The notes below the pieces were generated by a model. The model ran no database searches and was not told the DNA's origin. It saw nothing but the letters and a program-made list of their open reading frames with translations. 30,922 nucleotides of DNA from a virus (lineage: Duplodnaviria > Caudoviricetes): positions 1 to 30,922 of IMG/VR virus record IMGVR_UViG_3300017988_000020; one strand, written 5' to 3'. A program made the position numbers and the translations under genes. Of the stretch, positions 25,919-30,922 are shown piece by piece. Every line of letters begins with the position of its first letter. Within the stretch, counting starts at the first letter, position 1.

Positions 25919-27155
25919 AATAACTACGCAGGCAGAATGGGATTCGCTCCCAAAAAAGTTTGATGTTTTTACCGAAGTGGAAATTTCTGCAAAATTGGGG
26001 GATATCTTATCAACTCCCATAAATGCGTCTATAAAACTCTGTGGCGGCACCGTGAATGACATCAAGGGCGGCACAGTGAATGACATATGTGGCGGCACCG
26101 TGCATGCCATCAGGGGCGGCACCGTGCATGACATCAGGGGCGGCACAGTGAATGCCATATGGTGCGGCACCGTGAATGACATATGTGGCGGCACCGTGCA
26201 TGACATCAGGGGCGGCACAGTGAATGCCATATGTAGCGGCACCGTGCATGCCATCTGTGGCGGCACAGTGAATGTCATATGGGGGGGCACAGTGAATGCC
26301 ATATGTAGCGGCACCGTGCATGCCATCTGTGGCGGCACAGTGAATGTCATCTGGGGCGGCACCGTGCATGACATCAGGGGCGGAACCGTGAATGCCATCA
26401 GGGGCGGAACCGTGAATGACATCTGGTGCGGCACCGTGAATGTCATATGTGACGGCACCGTGCATGACATCAGGGGCGGCACCGTGCATGACATCAGGGG
26501 CGGAACCGTGAATGCCATATGGTGCGGCACCGTGAATGCCATCAGGGGCGGCACCGTGCATGCCATCAAGGGGGGCACCGTGAATGACATATGTGGCGGC
26601 ACCGTGCATGCCATCTGTGGCGGCTCCGTGAATGACATCTGGGGGGGCACCGTGCATGACATCAGGGGCGGCATGGTCAAATTCCTAGCTGATATGACCG
26701 TCAACTTAGCTTCCTTCAATGCCTTGATACTTTGCGTCAATTGCAAAGTTTCATTTGGGAAAAAGCAAAAAAGTGTACAAGTTGTAAACATAAAGCATGA
26801 TTTTAACGCGCCCATTTCGCCTAAATCTTTTGCAGAAGGTTGCGAAAAACAGGACGGGAAAATCATACTTTACAAGTCGGTCAATCCCACAACAGGGTGC
26901 GACTTCAAGACGGGTACAATAAAATACGAAGTTGGGAAAGAAGCCATTGCTCCCGATTTCGACCGCGACGAAAAAAGACAATGCGGAGGAGGTCTTCATC
27001 TTTCTCCGACACCATATCAGGCACTATCATATAATGTCGGTAAAGTGCTTGTATGTGCCGTCGATAAAAAGGATATAGTTGTATATCCTTGTGATGTTAC
27101 AAAGGTTCGATGCCGCAAGGTTAAAATACTGAAAGAATGGGAAGGGAACAAATGA
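25911..27155 (+). CDS. Octapeptide-repeat (beta-solenoid) protein with conserved phage C-terminal domain (DUF7666-like)
   Basis: 26 copies of GGTV(N/H)(D/A/V)I(K/R/C/W). C-terminal YK...YEVG...CGGGLH...KVRCR domain. Confidence 0.8.
   Translation: MIRITTQAEWDSLPKKFDVFTEVEISAKLGDILSTPINASIKLCGGTVNDIKGGTVNDICGGTVHAIRGGTVHDIRGGTVNAIWCGTVNDICGGTVHDIRGGTVNAICSGTVHAICGGTVNVIWGGTVNAICSGTVHAICGGTVNVIWGGTVHDIRGGTVNAIRGGTVNDIWCGTVNVICDGTVHDIRGGTVHDIRGGTVNAIWCGTVNAIRGGTVHAIKGGTVNDICGGTVHAICGGSVNDIWGGTVHDIRGGMVKFLADMTVNLASFNALILCVNCKVSFGKKQKSVQVVNIKHDFNAPISPKSFAEGCEKQDGKIILYKSVNPTTGCDFKTGTIKYEVGKEAIAPDFDRDEKRQCGGGLHLSPTPYQALSYNVGKVLVCAVDKKDIVVYPCDVTKVRCRKVKILKEWEGNK
26043..26666 (+). repeat. 26 tandem 24-bp units
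   Basis: Consensus GGCGGCACCGTG(A/C)ATG(A/C/T)CAT(C/A)NNN, counted by hand. Confidence 0.95.
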
Positions 27156-27505
27156 CCACCAGCAATCTTGAACGTTTCGCCCTGCTGATGATTAACGCCG
27201 CCGGACTGCCTCAGCCGGAAAAGGAATACCGCTTCCATCCTACGCGCAAATGGCGTTTTGATTTCGCGTATCCGGCGCAGAAAATCGCAATAGAAATTGA
27301 AGGCGCGGTATGGTTCGCAGGGCGGCATACTCGCGGCTCCGGGTTCCTTGCAGACTGCGAAAAATACAATACCGCCGTATCTTTGGGCTGGAAAGTATTC
27401 CGCTTTGGCGTAAAGGATCGCCAGATATTTCCAGACCTTGCCGCAACGCTAAAACCGATATTTTCAGAGGATAAAAATGAAACCTTGCATAAACTGCAAA
27501 ACTGA
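27152..27505 (+). CDS. PD-(D/E)xK endonuclease (Vsr or DUF559-like)
   Basis: EYRFHPTRKWRFDFA, IAIEIEG, GRHTRG, DCEKYN and GWKVFR motifs. Confidence 0.9.
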   Translation: MTTSNLERFALLMINAAGLPQPEKEYRFHPTRKWRFDFAYPAQKIAIEIEGAVWFAGRHTRGSGFLADCEKYNTAVSLGWKVFRFGVKDRQIFPDLAATLKPIFSEDKNETLHKLQN

Positions 27506-27740
27506 AACCGCCGGAAGCTGGACTGTCGAAGGAAAGAAAATACACATTTGCGGCAATTGCTTGCAAGCCGCTGCCATGGCTGCGCCGGAGCATATTACCA
27601 CGCAAAAGGCGCGGCTGGCGTGGCTGAAAACGCAGAACGGGCAGAAGGCGCTCGGCTCCTGTAAGCAATCCGCCTATTCATTCTCCATTAAGCAATCCGC
27701 CTATTCATTCTCCATTCAGCCTGAAATGGGACAATTATGA
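27477..27740 (+). CDS. Zn-ribbon hypothetical protein
   Basis: CINC...CGNC, GAGG RBS. Confidence 0.65.
   Translation: MKPCINCKTETAGSWTVEGKKIHICGNCLQAAAMAAPEHITTQKARLAWLKTQNGQKALGSCKQSAYSFSIKQSAYSFSIQPEMGQL
27662..27715 (+). repeat. Perfect 27-bp tandem duplication
   Basis: TAAGCAATCCGCCTATTCATTCTCCAT occurs twice in tandem. Confidence 0.95.
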
Positions 27741-27964
27741 CAAATAATCACAAAACGCGCCAGGATGCTATTTTAGGGCCGCAACTTGAGCAGCAGCCCA
27801 TTATCCCCTACCGCGTCCTTTCGCGCATGGCAGGGGCTGGAATAGGCCTTGTGGTGATGCTGGCAGGGATGCTCGCGCTGGCAGAAGTGGACAGGGTGAT
27901 ATTGCGGCCCATTGCGGACAGGTACACGGAGGCACATCATGCGGGATTGCAAAAATTGCAATAA
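27737..27964 (+). CDS. Small single-TM protein
   Basis: ATGA coupling, hydrophobic helix AGIGLVVMLAGMLALA. Confidence 0.65.
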   Translation: MTNNHKTRQDAILGPQLEQQPIIPYRVLSRMAGAGIGLVVMLAGMLALAEVDRVILRPIADRYTEAHHAGLQKLQ

Positions 27965-28034
27965 AATCAAATGGCACACTCAATCCGAAGAAGTGCAAAG
28001 GGCATTCTGTGAATCATGTAAAGAGAGGAAGAAA

Positions 28035-28221
28035 AATGGACTTCCGTGACTTCGACCGCCATCCGCGCCGCAAAAGGGACGCCAGTTTACCGTCTTCAAA
28101 AGAAATCCTCGCTTTGCACAAAAAAGGTGCAAAGCCAGTCCCGCCGCTCAAGGTACCGGGTTATTTTGTGAGAGGCAAAATAGGACCAATTCAGGTTAAT
28201 GACAAGCCTGGGAGAATATGA
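28035..28221 (+). CDS. Small basic hypothetical protein (start approximate)
   Basis: GAGG RBS before MDFRDF. Stop overlaps the methylase start. Confidence 0.5.
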
Positions 28222-28646
28222 ACATGAATGCCGGAATGTATAGCAGCAAGACGGCAGAATGGGCCACGCCGCAGGCGTTTTTCGACAAAGTGAATGCGGA
28301 GTTCCGCTTTACGCTGGATGCCTGCGCCACGCAAGAAAATGCTAAATGCAAATATTATTTCAATTCAACGCAAAACGGGTTGGAACAAAAATGGCTTGGC
28401 CGTGTCTGGTGCAATCCGCCTTACGGTCGAGGGATCGGCGCGTGGGTCAAAAAAGGCTACGAAAGCGCGCAAGCCGGTGCATTGGTGGTTATGCTGGTGC
28501 CTGCTCGTACAGATACCGCATGGTGGCACGACTACGTCATGCGCGGCGAAATCCGTTTTATCCGTGGCCGCTTAAAATTCGGCGACGGTAAAAACAGCGC
28601 TCCGTTTCCAAGTGCGCTTGTGATTTTCAGTCAAAAAATTAGTTGA
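28218..28646 (+). CDS. Phage DNA N6-adenine methyltransferase (Dam family)
   Basis: EWATPQ..F, FTLDACA, WCNPPY, LVPARTDT.WWH and IRGRLKF motifs. Confidence 0.95.
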   Translation: MNMNAGMYSSKTAEWATPQAFFDKVNAEFRFTLDACATQENAKCKYYFNSTQNGLEQKWLGRVWCNPPYGRGIGAWVKKGYESAQAGALVVMLVPARTDTAWWHDYVMRGEIRFIRGRLKFGDGKNSAPFPSALVIFSQKIS

Positions 28647-28671
28647 CACACCCGCCCACATCGTGTATGAT
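28643..28671 (+). promoter_or_regulatory. Near-consensus sigma70 promoter for the replication gene
   Basis: TTGACA, 17 nt spacer, TATGAT. Confidence 0.85.
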
Positions 28672-28712
28672 GTATGCGTTTACACGCAGCGGACCGCCAG
28701 CCGCGAACAAAT

Positions 28713-28747
28713 TTGGGACCCTCTGGCGGGGGTCCCAATGCTTTTTT
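28713..28747 (+). terminator. Leader hairpin with U-tract before the replication gene (possible attenuator)
   Basis: TTGGGACCC/GGGTCCCAA stem followed by TGCTTTTTT just ahead of the RBS. Confidence 0.6.
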
Positions 28748-28758
28748 AGAGGGGCAAG

Positions 28759-29556
28759 ATGCCACGAATCAGATATATAAAGCCTGAATTCTTTCAGGAC
28801 GGCGACGTTTCAGATCTGCCGCCAAATGTCCAGCTTCTATTTATTGCTCTTTGGTGCTACGCTGATAAGGCCGGACGGCTGGAAGATAAGCCGCGAGAAC
28901 TCAAGGCCCGGATATTCCCATTTCGGGATGTTGATGTTGACTCCGGGCTACAACGGTTAAGCACCGGAGCGAAACGGTTCATTAACCGTTATCAGGTGGA
29001 TGGACGCGGGTTTATCCAAATCATGAACTTTGCCAAGCATCAGCGGCCCCATCATACGGAATCTGATAGCAAATTTCCCGAACCACCAATACAAACGGTA
29101 GGACAACCGTTAGATAACGCACCTTTAACCGTTAAACACCCGTTAGAGTTGGGTAGGAATGGGGATGGGGATGGGGATGGGGATGGAAAAGGGAATGGGG
29201 ATGGAAAAGGGAATGGGGATAGGGAGAGGAAGTGTGCTGACGCACAGGCTCCGGTCCCACAATGCCCTCACAAAGATATAATAAGTCTTTATCATGAGTG
29301 CTTGCCGACGCTTCCCCGCGTGATGGAGTGGACACCGGCGCGGGCGGCATTACTGGCAGCGCGGTGGAAAGAAAAGACTGAACGCCAGAATCTTGAGTGG
29401 TGGCGGGGATATTTCCAGTACGTTGGTAACAGCGACTTTTTGACCGGGAAAACCAACAGCCCGTTCATGGGGTGCAATCTTGAATGGCTCGTGCGCCCTT
29501 CTAATTTTGTAAAGGTCATTGAGGGGAATTACGAAAACAAGGCCGGGAGGCGATAA
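28759..29556 (+). CDS. Phage replication initiator (replisome organiser)
   Basis: MPRIRYIKPEFF...LLFIALWCYADKAGR...NFAKHQ N-domain, G/D/K linker, SDFLTGK...LEWL...NFVKVIEGNY C-domain. Confidence 0.85.
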   Translation: MPRIRYIKPEFFQDGDVSDLPPNVQLLFIALWCYADKAGRLEDKPRELKARIFPFRDVDVDSGLQRLSTGAKRFINRYQVDGRGFIQIMNFAKHQRPHHTESDSKFPEPPIQTVGQPLDNAPLTVKHPLELGRNGDGDGDGDGKGNGDGKGNGDRERKCADAQAPVPQCPHKDIISLYHECLPTLPRVMEWTPARAALLAARWKEKTERQNLEWWRGYFQYVGNSDFLTGKTNSPFMGCNLEWLVRPSNFVKVIEGNYENKAGRR

Positions 29557-29957
29557 TGGCGTATTCAGGCAAAACCGCAGAAGTTACGCCGGAAGTGAAG
29601 CAGATGGGCGAATTGTACCAGCGTTGCCGCCGCTGTTTCTACGATGGCGATAAAATTATAGCCGGAGTTAAGCAAGAAGGCCGCAAGGAGTGGGGCAAAA
29701 GGCTGGCAAGCCTCATTATAGCCATAGACCATAAAGACGTGGCTTGCGGGGCATTCTGCGTAGGCTGCCATGCATTCTATGGAGTTCGACCTTTGGGAAT
29801 CGGCACAACAATGCAACTTAATATGGCCCAATTGCGCGAAATGGTCAAAACGGGATGCAACGGACTAACAGTAAAACTGAACTATACCAAAGCCGAATAT
29901 GAAGCGGCGAAAGCGGAACTGCGGATTGTTTCGGATGAACCGCTTTATACTATGTGA
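29556..29957 (+). CDS. Hypothetical protein with two CxxC motifs
   Basis: TAATG coupling to the initiator gene, CRRC and CVGC. Confidence 0.7.
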   Translation: MAYSGKTAEVTPEVKQMGELYQRCRRCFYDGDKIIAGVKQEGRKEWGKRLASLIIAIDHKDVACGAFCVGCHAFYGVRPLGIGTTMQLNMAQLREMVKTGCNGLTVKLNYTKAEYEAAKAELRIVSDEPLYTM

Positions 29958-30163
29958 GCGAGGTTATGACCGACACTTATAAGAAACACAGCCGTAAAAG
30001 CAGAGCGTACAAGCGCGATCATGCTCGGTATCTGGCGGATAGGGAAACGAAGCTGGCGCAGTCCCGGCGCAACCGGCAGGATTATTCATCGCCGCGGAAA
30101 GGCGCATCGTACGGCGCGATGCCTGCAACTCCCGCGAGTGCGGGAAAGGAGGTGAAGCCATGA
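29954..30163 (+). CDS. Small basic hypothetical protein
   Basis: Overlap-coupled at both ends. Confidence 0.55.
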   Translation: MSEVMTDTYKKHSRKSRAYKRDHARYLADRETKLAQSRRNRQDYSSPRKGASYGAMPATPASAGKEVKP

Positions 30164-30376
30164 CATTAGATAAAGCCGTATACGCAGAACAGGCCGCGCT
30201 TTTAGAAAAATGGAGCGCAGAGTTGCACAACACTACGGGCATGGTTTGTTTTTTTGGTGGACGGCAAAACCGGCTCCTGTAGCCACCTGTTTCACAATAT
30301 CACGGCGCAGGAAATGTTGATGATAGCCAATATGCTTACGAAACGTGGGCTGGCAAGATTACAGGAGAAGCCATGA
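30160..30376 (+). pseudogene. Small gene split by a frameshift at a T7 run
   Basis: Stops at 30280-30282 as written. Removing one T from 30249-30255 gives an ORF ending in an ATGA overlap at 30373-30376. Confidence 0.5.
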
Positions 30377-30525
30377 CCGAACCAAAGAATGTGATTTGCG
30401 AGAAGGCGAAAAGATGCGGAAAGGTGACATGTAAATGCGCCCGTCCGCATCGGCGCGGAGGAAAAAGACTCGCTGCCATACTGTGTTACAAGCGCGTCCC
30501 CGTAGGGAGAGAGGATAAAAAATGA
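30373..30525 (+). CDS. 50-aa Cys/Lys-rich protein
   Basis: AGGAG RBS. Stop overlaps the ATG at 30522. Confidence 0.55.
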   Translation: MTEPKNVICEKAKRCGKVTCKCARPHRRGGKRLAAILCYKRVPVGREDKK

Positions 30526-30922
30526 AAATCACGGAAAAAATGTTACTCAATATCCACGGAGAAAAAGCATGTGAACCTGGGCTGGAATGGTTCCGCGCCC
30601 AAAACGAAACCAACGCTAAAAAATTGCTTGCCCTTGCCATAAAAGGCGATAAACTCTCATTCGCCAATTGGGCTATTTCTCGGTTCCTTAATCGAGAAAA
30701 CAAAATCCGATACGCGATTTTTGCGGCTGAAAAAGTTCTGGATATTTTTGAGAAAGAGTATCCCGACGACAACCGTCCCAAAATGGCGATTGAAGCGGCT
30801 AAAAAATATCTGAATAATCCAACGGCGGAAAAGAAAAACACAAAAGTCGCCGCCTACGCCGCCGCCGCCGCCGCCCACGCCGCCCACGCCGCCGCCGACG
30901 CCGCCTACGCCGCCGCCGACGC
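30522..30922 (+). CDS. Imm5-like Ala-repeat protein, runs off the window end
   Basis: Manual translation MKITEK...YAIFAAEKVLDIFEKEYPDDNRPKMAIEAAKKYL...AAYAAAAAAHAAH, with no stop before the end. Confidence 0.8.
   Translation, partial: MKITEKMLLNIHGEKACEPGLEWFRAQNETNAKKLLALAIKGDKLSFANWAISRFLNRENKIRYAIFAAEKVLDIFEKEYPDDNRPKMAIEAAKKYLNNPTAEKKNTKVAAYAAAAAAHAAHAAADAAYAAAD

Noticed and set aside
26043-26666. CRISPR array
   Set aside because: The units are contiguous with no unique spacers and are protein-coding.
25712-26866. Long minus-strand ORFs (384 aa and 215 aa) over the 24-bp repeat
   Set aside because: The repeat unit lacks stops in those frames. The + frame has coupled neighbours and a recognisable C-terminal domain.

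Overview
This looks like a near-complete ~31 kb tailed phage genome with P22/podovirus-like gene order. Both window ends fall inside one Ala-rich repeat gene, so the molecule is probably circular or circularly permuted. All credible genes are on the + strand except one small HTH regulator. The late region runs terS, terL, portal, scaffold, major capsid, head-tail adaptor, tail nozzle, tail fibre, an old lysis cassette with a truncated M15 endolysin, four ejection-type proteins, a second lysis cassette with a Cys/His amidase, two glycosyltransferases, a secreted protein and a holin-like gene. The early region starts at a sigma70 promoter with a structured leader RNA, then Erf, YqaJ exonuclease, NinB-like, DUF6011, a 26x octapeptide repeat protein, a PD-(D/E)xK nuclease, a Dam-type methylase, a replication initiator and many small genes. 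I recognise no integrase, polymerase, helicase or reverse transcriptase. Most unusual: (1) the tail nozzle and tail fibre both begin with Sec-type signal peptides, in a late region that also encodes glycosyltransferases; (2) a sigma-region-2-only protein occurs together with a TTGTATATTnTA motif ahead of four late gene blocks; (3) a c4/CI-like structured RNA has a possible trans target; (4) the octapeptide repeat varies mostly at adenine-containing sites. Family assignments come from motif recognition by eye, not from database searches.
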